DNA from: Nonlabens dokdonensis
GTDB taxonomy: Bacteria; Bacteroidota; Bacteroidia; Flavobacteriales; Flavobacteriaceae
Assembly: GCF_002162835.1 (NCBI RefSeq)
Contig: NZ_MAAX01000154.1
Location: 10,496 to 74,495 of the forward strand
DNA length: 64,000 nt
Direction: 5' to 3'
The notes below the pieces were generated by a model that was not told the origin of the DNA, ran no database searches, and was given only the letters and a program-made list of their open reading frames with translations. This document shows, piece after piece, positions 18,357 through 28,913 of the stretch. Position 1 is the first letter of the stretch. Each line of letters opens with the position of its first letter. The position numbers and the translations under genes were made by a program.

Positions 18357-19175
18357 TTAATACTGCTCATCTTCATTAGGAAAGTCAACTGCTTTCACAT
18401 CTTTAACATAACTAGCAACCGCATTACCCATATCTTCATAGAGATTCAAATAACGACGTAAAAAACGTGGGTTGAACTCGTGCGTCATCCCAAACATATC
18501 GTGAGAAACCAGTACCTGACCGTCTACATTTGCTCCTGCTCCTATTCCTATGACAGGAATGGTAAGCTGGTCTGCTACTTTTTTTGCTAGTGCTGCTGGC
18601 ACTTTTTCTAGAACTAAGGCAAAACAACCCCAGCGCTCCAGCGCTAGTGCATCTTCTACTAGTTTTGCCGCTTCTTCTTCTTCTTTGGCTCTTACTGTGT
18701 AGGTACCAAATTTATAAATGGATTGAGGTGTAAGTCCCAAATGTCCCATTACCGGTATACCAGCATGCAGGATGCGTTTTATGGATTCCTTTACTTCTCT
18801 TCCACCTTCTAGTTTTACAGAGTGGCCACCGCTTTCTTTCATGATACGTATCGCACTGCGCAATGCTTCCTTAGGGTCACTTTGATAACTACCGAAGGGT
18901 AAATCTACCACTACAAGAGCACGCTCTACAGCACGCACAACACTACTGGCATGATAAATCATCTGGTCCAGCGTTATAGGTAAAGTGGTCTCGTGTCCTG
19001 CCATTACATTACTGGCACTATCGCCTACAAGAATGACGTCTATTCCTGCGCTATCGATAATCTTTGCCATGGTATAATCATAGGCAGTTAACATCGATAT
19101 CTTTTCATCGTTGCCCTTCATTTCTACAAGGGTTTTAACGGTCACTCTTTTATATTGCTTCTTTGCGGTAGACAT
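18357..19175 (-). CDS. panB: 3-methyl-2-oxobutanoate hydroxymethyltransferase
   Basis: [31 protein letters not shown]; ATG at 19175 (MSTAKKQY). Confidence 0.97.
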   Translation of the reverse strand: MSTAKKQYKRVTVKTLVEMKGNDEKISMLTAYDYTMAKIIDSAGIDVILVGDSASNVMAGHETTLPITLDQMIYHASSVVRAVERALVVVDLPFGSYQSDPKEALRSAIRIMKESGGHSVKLEGGREVKESIKRILHAGIPVMGHLGLTPQSIYKFGTYTVRAKEEEEAAKLVEDALALERWGCFALVLEKVPAALAKKVADQLTIPVIGIGAGANVDGQVLVSHDMFGMTHEFNPRFLRRYLNLYEDMGNAVASYVKDVKAVDFPNEDEQY

Positions 19176-19195
19176 AAAACTTATTTTAAGTCTAG

Positions 19196-19203
19196 CAAAA
19201 GTA
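19196..19203 (-). promoter_or_regulatory. Bacteroidota -7 promoter box for panB
   Basis: TACTTTTG on minus strand, 20 nt before ATG. Confidence 0.6.
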
Positions 19204-19235
19204 CTAATATTACAGTTCAAATTAATTGAAACCCT

Positions 19236-19712
19236 ATGAGACTTCTATTTACTGTTATTTGTGTTCTCGCTTTCGCGAAAGCGTACTCACAACAACCTAT
19301 CGCACAAGATTCTACCGTTGTAACTATTAAAAAACCTAGTCCTGTAGATGCGGTGAAGACCTTTTTTAAGAATTTTCACGCACAAGATACAGTGGCGTTA
19401 AAAGAGTCCATTCTAGCAGATATAACACTCACGTCGCTATCAATAAGAGGAGATGAGCGCAGGATAAGCAACACTCAAATAGCTGGATTTTTAAAAGGCA
19501 TTGCGAGTATACCTGATAGTATTCCTTTTGAGGAGCGCCTTATTGAGATAGATTACAGTAATGATACTCAGGTAGCAACGGTTTCTACCACCTATGAATT
19601 TTATTACAATAATAAATTATCGCACATAGGAACAAATAAGTTTACCCTATTTTTTATAGATGATAAATGGGTGATCGTAGGTATTGCAGACACGCGTATT
19701 TATGGGTCGTAA
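19236..19712 (+). CDS. Secreted NTF2-like (DUF4440-type) protein
   Basis: Signal peptide; [30 protein letters not shown]. Confidence 0.8.
   Translation: MRLLFTVICVLAFAKAYSQQPIAQDSTVVTIKKPSPVDAVKTFFKNFHAQDTVALKESILADITLTSLSIRGDERRISNTQIAGFLKGIASIPDSIPFEERLIEIDYSNDTQVATVSTTYEFYYNNKLSHIGTNKFTLFFIDDKWVIVGIADTRIYGS
19268..19283. repeat. 16-bp palindrome (in signal peptide of the NTF2-like CDS, AFAKA)
   Basis: Exact copy. Confidence 0.97.
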
Positions 19713-20356
19713 TTTAAATTTAAGTTTAAACTTAAGTTGAAGTTGAAGCTGAAGTCTAAGTCTAAGTCTATGCTAAAAATCAAGTTGAAGTTGAAGTTGA
19801 AAATTGCCGTGCAAGCAGATTCAAGGCTTCTTTCCTTAAAATATTCTGTAAAGCGCTTTTATTACTTGCAGCAATGCGCATTGCAAATTCAATTAGTTTC
19901 AACGTAGCACAGATGTGCTCGACATAAATCGTAATTTAAATTTAAGTTTAAACTTAAGTTGAAGTTGAAGCTGAAGTCTAAGTCTAAGTCTATGCTAAAA
20001 ATCAAGTTGAAGTTGAAGTTGAAAATTGCCGTGCAAGCAGACTCAAGGCTTCTTTCCTTAAAATATTCTGTAAAGCGCTTTTATTACTTGCAGCAATACA
20101 CGTTGCAAATTCAATTAGTTTCAACGTAGCACAGATGTGCTCGACATAAATCGTAATTTAAATTTAAGTTTAAATTTAAACCTCAACTTAAGTTAAAGTT
20201 TAAGCTGAAGTCTAAGTCTATGCTAAAAATCAAGTTGAAGTTGAAGTTGAAAATTGCTTTGTAAACAGATTCAAGGCTTCTTTCCTTAAAATATTCTGTA
20301 AAGCGCTTTTATTACTTGCAGCAATGCGCATTGCAAATGCTCAACTAGTTCAACGT
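19707..20356. repeat. Three tandem copies of a ~222-bp unit
   Basis: Units start at 19707, 19929 and 20151; units 1-2 nearly identical, unit 3 diverged; each has hexamer runs (aagttg/aagtct) and a palindrome-rich core. Confidence 0.95.
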
Positions 20357-20558
20357 ATGACTAATAAAGTCAACTTAGTAAGAATTAAAAATGTCTTTAG
20401 AATTCAAAAATTTCAGGAGGAATTTATAATAATATCTAAATAAAGTATTTCCCTTCAGATGAAGGGAAAAAAGTTAAGTAGCTAGCTACTAACGAAAAGG
20501 GTTTGACACGTTGCTAGTTCATGATCTAAGAGCTTAACTACATAACCCTAAAGAATCT

Positions 20559-22241
20559 TTATTTCTTAATAAACTTCAACGTCTCCTGACCTTGATCGCT
20601 TTTTACAATAAGAAAATAAACACCTTTACTTAACTTTACGATAGAAATAGGTGATTCAAAATCAGTTGTTGAGGCATCATATTGAGACTGCAGTCTTCCT
20701 TGAACGTCGTATATCTCAAGAGAATTAATCGCGTAAGAGCTATTAAGTTGTATCAAATCTTGAGATGGATTAGGAAATAGCAAGATGCTATTTTCAGTAG
20801 GATCAGCAACACTTGCTGTAGTTGAAATAGTTACTGTCTCTGTATTAGTAATAATAGGAAAGTTGAAGTCAAAATAGATTTCGGCTGTATTATCAAAGCT
20901 ATCGCCTACTGTTAGAGAGTTTAAGGTTTTGATTTTAAATAGAACATAACCATCATTAGTCGCATCATTAAAATCTAAGTTAATGTCGTCAAAGTAAAAT
21001 TCAATTTCGTTACCATTTGTAATGCTAGCATAATACTCATGACTTGAGCTAAGAGGAACAAAACTATCTATATCAAACTTTGATGTATCAATAACATCTT
21101 TGACTCTTACATTAATCGCGCTTGCCGTTCCTGTGTTTTCAAAACGTATCATATAATCCAGGTACTCGCCTATCATATCGGGCGCAATCGTCTTGCCTTC
21201 TAGACAGGTTTTATCATTGGGATCGTAGCTGTTTACAAGGGTTTGGTATAAGTTGTCTGTATTGTTTAATAAATTCACATCGGCTCCTGTGAGATATGTA
21301 GACGCGCTTAAATTAATTACATCACCTGCATTAAGCGGAAAATTAGGGTCAGTAGGCGTGTTTAGATTAAAGCTAAGTTCGTAGGTAAGTGTTTGTAAAG
21401 GTTGTAAAGAATAGGTCCAGCTCAAAGTATTTGCCGTTGATGCAGTTACCGCAGGAACAGCTGTAAGCAATGTCATTAGATCGTTAGGATAGGTAAATTG
21501 AAGCGCATCTGAAACTGGTACCGTTCCTTGATTCATAACTCTAACGTCATAACTAACATCAAATCCAGGCCTTGCTTGAAGTAATGGGATGATACTTACT
21601 GCTATATCTTGTGCTACAGCGATAGGTGTTAAACAGAAGTCTTGTACTGCGCTGTTAGAAGGATTGGGAAAATTAATAGTGGCAGAAACTGGTGATGAAG
21701 TGATACTAGAAGTTAACATCGTGCTGCTTACATCAAAAATACCATCAGGAACATATAAACTATAAGCACCGTTAACATCGGTAACTGCTTGAAAAGCTAT
21801 TCCTGAAGATGAGTCTGTAGCGGTTATTTGTAAACCTACAGCCGCAGGATCAGTAGTAGTGCATCCATTCATATCAACATCATAGGAAACATTTCCTGAA
21901 ATAAAATTATAATTTCCTGGAACATACAAAGGTCCTGTAAATACAGATGATTGATTACCACATATAGATCTTATATAAAATTCATATTGAACACCAGGAG
22001 TTAAACCTGATATAATCATATTGTTTGCCGCTGTGGCAATTATAACTCCGCCAGAACCTTGTGTATAGGGAGCAACACCGAATTCAACTTCCCAAAATGT
22101 GGCTGATCCTGTACTCTGCCAGTTTAACTGCACAGAAGTTCCTGTAAAATTAGAAAACTCAAATTGAGTTGCTGGTGTACACTGGGATTGCGCAAATTGA
22201 AAACCTAACGTAATAAGAATTAAAAGTAAAAATCTAGACAT
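20559..22241 (-). CDS. T9SS type A cargo protein (FN3-like + NSYDPNDK/DUF7619-type domain + CTD)
   Basis: Signal peptide, LTPGVQYEFYIRSIC, NSYDPNDK, YFDFNFPIITN, C-terminal LFPNP...GVYFLIVK...KFIKK. Confidence 0.88.
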   Translation of the reverse strand: MSRFLLLILITLGFQFAQSQCTPATQFEFSNFTGTSVQLNWQSTGSATFWEVEFGVAPYTQGSGGVIIATAANNMIISGLTPGVQYEFYIRSICGNQSSVFTGPLYVPGNYNFISGNVSYDVDMNGCTTTDPAAVGLQITATDSSSGIAFQAVTDVNGAYSLYVPDGIFDVSSTMLTSSITSSPVSATINFPNPSNSAVQDFCLTPIAVAQDIAVSIIPLLQARPGFDVSYDVRVMNQGTVPVSDALQFTYPNDLMTLLTAVPAVTASTANTLSWTYSLQPLQTLTYELSFNLNTPTDPNFPLNAGDVINLSASTYLTGADVNLLNNTDNLYQTLVNSYDPNDKTCLEGKTIAPDMIGEYLDYMIRFENTGTASAINVRVKDVIDTSKFDIDSFVPLSSSHEYYASITNGNEIEFYFDDINLDFNDATNDGYVLFKIKTLNSLTVGDSFDNTAEIYFDFNFPIITNTETVTISTTASVADPTENSILLFPNPSQDLIQLNSSYAINSLEIYDVQGRLQSQYDASTTDFESPISIVKLSKGVYFLIVKSDQGQETLKFIKK

Positions 22242-22306
22242 AGGAATTGTTTAAATGTTCAATAAAGATAAGGAAATATTTCACAATCAATATTTTAGAA
22301 ACAAAA

Positions 22307-22334
22307 AAAGCGCAAATCATGAGATTTGCGCTTT
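22307..22334. terminator. Terminator hairpin after the SPFH gene
   Basis: AAAGCGCAAATC/GATTTGCGCTTT with an A-run on the left (T-run on minus). Confidence 0.8.
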
Positions 22335-22355
22335 CTATATTATCAATACTATTTT

Positions 22356-23171
22356 TTACTGATTTCCTAAAATAATCGGTAAACCGCCGCTCTCGCCACC
22401 ACCTACAACGATGACTTTAGAATTAGGAGATTCTGCTAATTTTAAAGTTGCTTCAATTCCTTTTTCAGTAAGAATTTTGTCTGTTAAAGAAGCGCTCAAA
22501 ATTTTGTTGGCTACCGCTTTACCTTCAGCATCAATTTTTTGTCTCTGTGCTTCTTTAGTTGCTCTAGCAAGACGGAATTCATATTCTAATGCTTCTTGCT
22601 CTTGCTCTAATTTACGTTCAATAGCGTCCTTAATTTTAGGTGGTAAGGTCACATCTTCTACAAGAACTCTGTTTACTTGTATGTATTGAGCAGATAGTTC
22701 TTTTTGAACCTCGTCTAGAATTTCGTTTTGAATCACATCTCTTTTACTAGAATATAATTGCTCCGGCGTGTAACGACCTACCACACTTCTGGCTGCTGCA
22801 CTTATTGCTGGTGCAAGGATTTGCGATTCATACTCGCGTCCTTTTTCTTGATGTAAATAAGGTAATTTATCATATTCTGGCTGGTACCATACGGTTCCAT
22901 CTACAGTTACTTCAAGACCGTTTACAGAAAGTACTCTCATTTTATCGCTTACAGATAACTGTCTTACTGGATAAATGATCATATCATTCCATGGTGCGAT
23001 GATGTGAAACCCTTCACCATACGTATTCTCTCTATCGACACCGTTACTTAATGTCTTAAACAGCACACCAGCCTGACCAGACTCGATCACAACCGAACTT
23101 TTAATAATAACAATAGCAAGTATCACTAGTCCTATTAAGGATAATACTGCTGCTTTGGGTAATTTTTCCAT
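22356..23171 (-). CDS. Prohibitin/SPFH (band 7) family protein
   Basis: N-terminal TM, EGFHIIAPW, ARSVVGRY, AIERKL, DAEGKA coiled coil. Confidence 0.92.
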   Translation of the reverse strand: MEKLPKAAVLSLIGLVILAIVIIKSSVVIESGQAGVLFKTLSNGVDRENTYGEGFHIIAPWNDMIIYPVRQLSVSDKMRVLSVNGLEVTVDGTVWYQPEYDKLPYLHQEKGREYESQILAPAISAAARSVVGRYTPEQLYSSKRDVIQNEILDEVQKELSAQYIQVNRVLVEDVTLPPKIKDAIERKLEQEQEALEYEFRLARATKEAQRQKIDAEGKAVANKILSASLTDKILTEKGIEATLKLAESPNSKVIVVGGGESGGLPIILGNQ

Positions 23172-23181
23172 AATTCTCTTT

Positions 23182-25200
23182 TTAAACTAATCCGTTATAT
23201 TTTCTTAAAAACCACTCTAGTCCTAATAGTAGTAATATAAGGCCTAAAAGGTATTCCCAGTCTATTAAACTGGTTTGTTTTACAATCGCTCTCTCAATTG
23301 TTTGTAATAATGGGTTCTTCTTAAGATCGGCAATCAATTCTTCTGTTTCACCTTGATAATAGACACTAGAACTACCGACTAACTTTTTCATGCCGGCGTC
23401 ACTCGCACTTACCTGTTGCTTTTCTATATCATATTCTAGTATGCTAAAAGAGCCACTGCGTGATAATTGATCATTTTCTACTTGCACTGTAAATTTATAA
23501 TCGCCCGCTTTGAGACCACTTAAATCCACAACATAAGAATTACCACTCAAAACAAATGGCCTTGTGATCAATTCTTTACTTTCTGTATGAGTCACATTCA
23601 AATTCAAGATACCATTATCTTCAAACTCATAATTCTTGTCTAGGTATTGAGCGTTTATTAGAATGCTTTTATTTTGATAATAGAACGGCTCGTAAGATAA
23701 CTCTAGCCTATTGCGCTTTTTATTACTTGCTAGATATTGCACCTGACTGCTCACTAAATCATCAAAATTTTTAAAATCTTGTTGATCCAGATAGCTTTGA
23801 GCTCTCCATCTCCATAAACCACTTGCTAGCGTTACTGCATGTTTAGTGTCGCCATCTTCATAATTGAACCATATAGGTTGTGTAGTCGTAATGGTACCTA
23901 TTTTCTTATAAAAAAGTACATCAACATTGGTATTAAAAATCAATTCACCGAAAGGTACTTGCACTGGTGGATAATCATCAAAACTTATTTGATCTAGATT
24001 AAAGGTAGTATAAGACGTATTAAGAATGGGCTGTGCTTCATCAAAATCATTACTATCTTCTAAGTTAAAGCTTTGGTACTTGCCATTCAAGTAATCAATA
24101 TCTGGATCGCTACCAGTAATTACCCAAGTATTTTTGTTGAGTTGGCTAATTTGTGCGTACGCTTTCGCGAAAGCGGAACTTACCCCATACATCACGACTA
24201 GATTGTACTCGTTGAGATTATAATCTTCACTAGTACTTTTAATAGTTACTTTGCGCTGCTGGTTAGACTCAATTGCTTTTTTCAAAGCACCGATATCTGG
24301 ATGAACTTGATCAGATAAAATAAGTACATTAGTTTGCTGATCTATTACCTCAACAGCAAAACTTCGGTAATTGTTTTGAGTATTCTTTTCGTTAGGAAGT
24401 GGTTCTATAGAAGCCACCATAGATTGAGTTCCTACAGCGGTACTGGTAAGGTTAAAACTTACGATTGCAGCTCTTTCCTTTTCATTAAAGGAGAGCGTCT
24501 CTGAGTACAAGGTGCGATTACCTTGTGTGACTTTAAATATACGAGACTCTTGTTCCTGACCTTGATAAGCTACAAAAACCTCTACCGGAAACTCATTATT
24601 GAGGTAAGAATACCTGTTAACATTGATGTTAGTAATCTTTAAATCTGCATACTGTGTGGTGTCGCCATAAATTACAGGATACAGACTCGTTTTCTCATTA
24701 ATTTGCGTATAAGAATAACTACTACCTGTGGTTTGATTACCATCTGTAAGGACAACCACCGCTTTATTTCTATTCTTAAATAACTCTTGTGGTTCACTTA
24801 TAGCAATATTTAAATCTGTCTCTGTAGCTTGAAAACTTAAAGAATCAAGCGGCGCTATGGTTTCAGAAAATTTAAATGTCTGGATTTCAAATTTAGAATT
24901 TAAGTCTGAATCGTTAACGATCAATGCCAAATCTCTTTTTACAGCATCACCAGATTTTAAATAGTCAATAGACTTAGAATCATCTACTAGCACTACTAAC
25001 TGCGGCAAAAGCGTTTCATAGGTTTTTGAATCAAACCTAGGGGCAATGAAAAGTAATAGAATAGAAAAAACCGTGAGAAAGCGCAATAACGCAAACCACG
25101 GTTTTTTTCTTGTACTTTTTGAGGTACTGATATAACCATACTGATAAAGAGCTATTAAGGCAGCAATACCTGCAGCTACAATCATCAAAACTACGGTCAT
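23182..25200 (-). CDS. VWA-like domain membrane-anchored protein
   Basis: LVDDSKSI MIDAS-like motif, VVVLTDGNQT, N- and C-terminal TMs (EWFLRKYNGL). Confidence 0.8.
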   Translation of the reverse strand: MTVVLMIVAAGIAALIALYQYGYISTSKSTRKKPWFALLRFLTVFSILLLFIAPRFDSKTYETLLPQLVVLVDDSKSIDYLKSGDAVKRDLALIVNDSDLNSKFEIQTFKFSETIAPLDSLSFQATETDLNIAISEPQELFKNRNKAVVVLTDGNQTTGSSYSYTQINEKTSLYPVIYGDTTQYADLKITNINVNRYSYLNNEFPVEVFVAYQGQEQESRIFKVTQGNRTLYSETLSFNEKERAAIVSFNLTSTAVGTQSMVASIEPLPNEKNTQNNYRSFAVEVIDQQTNVLILSDQVHPDIGALKKAIESNQQRKVTIKSTSEDYNLNEYNLVVMYGVSSAFAKAYAQISQLNKNTWVITGSDPDIDYLNGKYQSFNLEDSNDFDEAQPILNTSYTTFNLDQISFDDYPPVQVPFGELIFNTNVDVLFYKKIGTITTTQPIWFNYEDGDTKHAVTLASGLWRWRAQSYLDQQDFKNFDDLVSSQVQYLASNKKRNRLELSYEPFYYQNKSILINAQYLDKNYEFEDNGILNLNVTHTESKELITRPFVLSGNSYVVDLSGLKAGDYKFTVQVENDQLSRSGSFSILEYDIEKQQVSASDAGMKKLVGSSSVYYQGETEELIADLKKNPLLQTIERAIVKQTSLIDWEYLLGLILLLLGLEWFLRKYNGLV
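24160..24175. repeat. 16-bp palindrome (in VWA-like CDS, AFAKA)
   Basis: Exact copy. Confidence 0.97.
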
Positions 25201-25214
25201 AAAAGTATTGTTTA

Positions 25215-25961
25215 TTAGGTTAGCATTCCGCCATCTACGTTGAGTGTTTGACCAGTAACATAAGTGGAAAGGTCGCTAGCTAGAAATACACATGCATTTG
25301 CTACATCTTCTGGAGTACCACCGCGTTTTAATGGAATGGCATCTCTCCAGCTTTGAACTGTTTCTTCATTGAGCGCTCCAGTCATCTCTGTTTCTATGAA
25401 ACCAGGAGCGATAGAGTTGCAACGTATATTACGAGAACCTAATTCTAGAGCTACTGATTTACTGAATCCTATGATACCAGCTTTACTTGCTGCATAGTTA
25501 GTCTGTCCTGCGTTTCCTTTAACACCTACTACACTACTCATGTTAATAATGCTACCACTACGTTGTTTTAACATAGTACGTTGCACAGCTTTAGTCATGT
25601 TAAAAACAGACTTTAAATTTACCTCGATTACCTTATCAAAATCTTCCTCGCTTATTCTCATCAAAAGATTGTCTTTTGTAATACCTGCGTTGTTGATCAA
25701 CACATCGATACTGTCAAAGTCTTTAGTCACTTCGGCAATAAGATCTTGCGCTTCTTGAAAATTTGCCGCGTTACTTTTATAAGCCTTTGCTTTGATACCT
25801 AGAGTAGAAAGTTCTTTCTCTAATTCAAGGGCTGGACCTTCAGAACTGGCATATGTAAATGCTACATTTGCTCCGTGTTTTGCAAACACCTCAGCAATAC
25901 CTTTACCTATCCCACGGCTACCACCAGTAATGATGACATTTTTACCTTCTAATAATTTCAT
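25215..25961 (-). CDS. fabG: 3-oxoacyl-ACP reductase
   Basis: TGGSRGIG, NNAGIT, YAASK, IAPGFIETEMT; ATG 25961. Confidence 0.96.
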   Translation of the reverse strand: MKLLEGKNVIITGGSRGIGKGIAEVFAKHGANVAFTYASSEGPALELEKELSTLGIKAKAYKSNAANFQEAQDLIAEVTKDFDSIDVLINNAGITKDNLLMRISEEDFDKVIEVNLKSVFNMTKAVQRTMLKQRSGSIINMSSVVGVKGNAGQTNYAASKAGIIGFSKSVALELGSRNIRCNSIAPGFIETEMTGALNEETVQSWRDAIPLKRGGTPEDVANACVFLASDLSTYVTGQTLNVDGGMLT

Positions 25962-25983
25962 AAATAGTTGGTTTATATAAAAT

Positions 25984-26025
25984 ATCCAGAACAAACACCC
26001 ATTTTAATGGGTATTTGTTCTGGAT
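25984..26025 (-). terminator. 20-bp stem hairpin between sucD and fabG
   Basis: ATCCAGAACAAACACCCATT/AATGGGTATTTGTTCTGGAT; the single mismatch is a G-U pair on the minus transcript; weak U-tract. Confidence 0.55.
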
Positions 26026-26034
26026 GTAGAAAAT

Positions 26035-26907
26035 TTATCCTAATACTTCGGCAACTTTCTTACCGATTTCAGCTGGAGAATCCACTACATGAATTCCACA
26101 TTCTGACATAATTGCTTTTTTGGCTTGAGCTGTATCTTCAGATCCTCCTACGATTGCACCAGCGTGTCCCATAGTTCTTCCTGCAGGAGCAGTTTCACCA
26201 GCGATAAAACCTATAACAGGTTTTTTGTTACCAGTTTCTTTGATCCATTTTGCAGCATCAGCTTCTAGTTGTCCACCTATTTCACCTATCATCACAATAG
26301 CTTCTGTTTCTGGGTCGTTCATAAACAATTCAACAGCTTCCTTTGTAGTTGTACCGATGATAGGGTCACCACCTATACCTATGGCAGTAGAGATACCGTA
26401 TCCTTGTTTTACTACCTGGTCAGATGCTTCATAGGTAAGTGTTCCAGATTTAGAAACAATACCTACTTTACCTTTTTTAAATACAAAACCTGGCATGATA
26501 CCTACTTTTGCTTCTCCTGGAGTAATGACACCTGGGCAGTTAGGACCTACAAGTCTACAGTCTTTATCTTTGATATAGTCTGCAGCTTTTACCATATCAG
26601 CCACTGGAATTCCTTCAGTAATTGTGATAATTACTTTGATACCAGCGTCCGCAGCTTCTTTAATCGCGTCAGCAGCAAAAGCTGGTGGCACAAAAATGAT
26701 AGTTACATCAGCTCCTGCTTTTTCCACAGCTTCTTGAACCGTATTGAATACTGGTTTACCTAAGTGTTCTTGTCCACCTTTTCCTGGAGTCACACCACCT
26801 ACTACGTTAGTTCCGTAATCGATCATTTGACCTGCGTGAAAAGTTCCTTCACTACCGGTAAAACCTTGTACTATAATTTTAGAATCTTTGTTTACTAAAA
26901 CGCTCAT
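26035..26907 (-). CDS. sucD: Succinyl-CoA synthetase alpha subunit
   Basis: [26 protein letters not shown]. Confidence 0.98.
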   Translation of the reverse strand: MSVLVNKDSKIIVQGFTGSEGTFHAGQMIDYGTNVVGGVTPGKGGQEHLGKPVFNTVQEAVEKAGADVTIIFVPPAFAADAIKEAADAGIKVIITITEGIPVADMVKAADYIKDKDCRLVGPNCPGVITPGEAKVGIMPGFVFKKGKVGIVSKSGTLTYEASDQVVKQGYGISTAIGIGGDPIIGTTTKEAVELFMNDPETEAIVMIGEIGGQLEADAAKWIKETGNKKPVIGFIAGETAPAGRTMGHAGAIVGGSEDTAQAKKAIMSECGIHVVDSPAEIGKKVAEVLG

Positions 26908-26941
26908 TTTTTATATTTTATTTGTGGAGTATTTTTATTAT

Positions 26942-27316
26942 TTAATCTTGAGAAGGATGACTGGATTGATGCACTTCGATAATTTTCTCGTCCTCTATTT
27001 TAAAAATAGAAACAAAATAACCTACTGGCACTTCTTCTCTAGGGTTTTCATTAGTTCGCACGTAAACTGTAAATCTAGCGGCAACTTGTTTTTTATCATT
27101 AAAAATATGAGAGATTTCTGTTCTCATACTCTCATACGATGCAGATGTAGACTGGCAAAGTCTAAAGTAATCGTCATAATCAAACTGTCTGTAACCAGAG
27201 CTTGCATGCCAGTTTACTTTTAAGTCCTTATGCATGTATTTATCAAAGTGTTGTGAATTTACAAACACATCAGAATCTAAAAAATCCTTTACAATTTTCT
27301 TTGCTGAAACAGCCAT
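26942..27316 (-). CDS. NTF2/SnoaL-like protein
   Basis: Size and pattern (MRTEISHIF...VAARFTV...IFKIEDEKI). Confidence 0.7.
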   Translation of the reverse strand: MAVSAKKIVKDFLDSDVFVNSQHFDKYMHKDLKVNWHASSGYRQFDYDDYFRLCQSTSASYESMRTEISHIFNDKKQVAARFTVYVRTNENPREEVPVGYFVSIFKIEDEKIIEVHQSSHPSQD

Positions 27317-27399
27317 TTATCAACTAGTTTAATTTTGTGCTAAACTAGGTAAGATTGAAATGTTAACCTAGTTTTAAATTCTATCTTTTCGTTAAAATA

Positions 27400-28344
27400 T
27401 TAACGTTTATTATTTATATCCTTAATCAATTGCATCATCTCAGGTACTTGCTTGATAGCAGCAATTTCTTTGTATTTACTCCTGAAGTCGTCTGCAGGAA
27501 TACCAAAGTAATGCTTATTACCTTCTAGCGATTTACTAACACCAGACTTTGCAGATATCACAGCTTTCTTACCTATAGTAATCCCACTTGTAATCCCTAC
27601 TTGTCCCCATATGGTCACCTCGTCCTCAATGACTACACAACCGGCAATTCCCGTCTGACTAGCTATCAAGACATGTTTACCAAGTACGGTATCGTGCCCT
27701 ATTTGCACCTGATTATCTAGCTTTGTACCATAGCCTATAGTAGTGTCTCCAGTCACACCACGATCTATAGTACTGTTTGCTCCGATCTCTACTTGATCAT
27801 GAATTACTACCCTACCATTACTCAATAATTTATCATATCCTTCTGGTCTACGTTTGTAATAAAATGCATCTCCACCTAGGACCACTCCAGCATTTATAAT
27901 CACATTATTACCTATAATCGTACGATCGCCTATACTAACATTTGCATGAATTATAGTATGATCTCCTATAACCACATCTTTACCTATACTAGCAGTAGGA
28001 TGAATGTGTGAATTCTTTCCTATGCTTTTAGGAAGTTCCGCTTTCGCGAAAGCGGAAAAAGGATTAAAGTATTGAGTTAATTTATTGAAATCTTTAAAAG
28101 GATCGTCTGAAATGAGTAATGCTTTTCCTTCAGGAGATTCCACCTCTTTATTAATTAAAACAATGGTAGCAGCGCTTGCCAATGCTTTATCATAGTATTT
28201 TGGGTGGTCTACAAACACAATATCACCAGGTGTAACCACATGGATCTCGTTCATTCCCAAAACTGGAAAAGAAGCGTCACCTACATAGTTGCAATCAATG
28301 ATAGATGCTATCTGGGAAAGTGTATGTGCCTTAGGAAACTTCAC
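27400..28344 (-). CDS. LpxD-like hexapeptide acyltransferase (second paralog)
   Basis: Hexapeptide repeats, IDRG, KLDNQVQIGH; GTG start overlapping the efp stop. Confidence 0.88.
   Translation of the reverse strand: MKFPKAHTLSQIASIIDCNYVGDASFPVLGMNEIHVVTPGDIVFVDHPKYYDKALASAATIVLINKEVESPEGKALLISDDPFKDFNKLTQYFNPFSAFAKAELPKSIGKNSHIHPTASIGKDVVIGDHTIIHANVSIGDRTIIGNNVIINAGVVLGGDAFYYKRRPEGYDKLLSNGRVVIHDQVEIGANSTIDRGVTGDTTIGYGTKLDNQVQIGHDTVLGKHVLIASQTGIAGCVVIEDEVTIWGQVGITSGITIGKKAVISAKSGVSKSLEGNKHYFGIPADDFRSKYKEIAAIKQVPEMMQLIKDINNKR
28039..28054. repeat. 16-bp palindrome (in LpxD paralog, AFAKA)
   Basis: Exact copy; extends to 22 bp, TTCC...GGAA. Confidence 0.97.
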
Positions 28345-28910
28345 TATTGCTTCATTCTCTCGTGGTAGTTCCCTTTTTCAGTATCTATACGGATGATATC
28401 ACCTTCATTAATGAATAGTGGTACCATTACCTCAGCACCAGTTTCTACCGTTGCAGGCTTAGTTGCATTTGTTGCCGTATTTCCTTTTACTCCAGGTTCT
28501 GTGGCTGTTACTTCTAGAACTACATATTGAGGCATGTCTACTGATAATGGTGAATCATCTTCTGTATTGATTTGGATTTTTACAATCTCACCTTCTTTAA
28601 GCAATCCAGGTGCATCAAGAACAGACTCTTGCAAACGTATTTGCTCATAAGTCTCTGTGTTCATGAAATGATATCCTTCTGGATCTTGATATAAAAATTG
28701 AAAAGCTTGAGTTTCTACTCTTATATCTTCAATTTTATGTCCTGCAGAAAAGGTGTTATCTATAACTTTACCAGAAGTTACCGATTTTAACTTTGTTCTT
28801 ACAAATGCAGGTCCTTTTCCTGGTTTTACATGTAAAAATTCAATGATTTTGTAAATATCATTATTGTAACGGATGCATAATCCTTTTCTGATGTCGCTTG
28901 TGCTTGCCAT
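28344..28910 (-). CDS. efp: Elongation factor P
   Basis: HVKPGKGPAFVRTKL, KPATVETG, PLFINEGD. Confidence 0.98.
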   Translation of the reverse strand: MASTSDIRKGLCIRYNNDIYKIIEFLHVKPGKGPAFVRTKLKSVTSGKVIDNTFSAGHKIEDIRVETQAFQFLYQDPEGYHFMNTETYEQIRLQESVLDAPGLLKEGEIVKIQINTEDDSPLSVDMPQYVVLEVTATEPGVKGNTATNATKPATVETGAEVMVPLFINEGDIIRIDTEKGNYHERMKQ

Positions 28911-28913
28911 ATT

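Noticed and set aside
19770-19907. 45-aa plus-strand ORF in the tandem unit (MLKIKLKLKLK...)
   Set aside because: It arises from hexamer runs and is broken by an early stop in unit 3.
19707-20356. CRISPR array
   Set aside because: Units are 222 bp with no unique spacers, and there are no cas genes.
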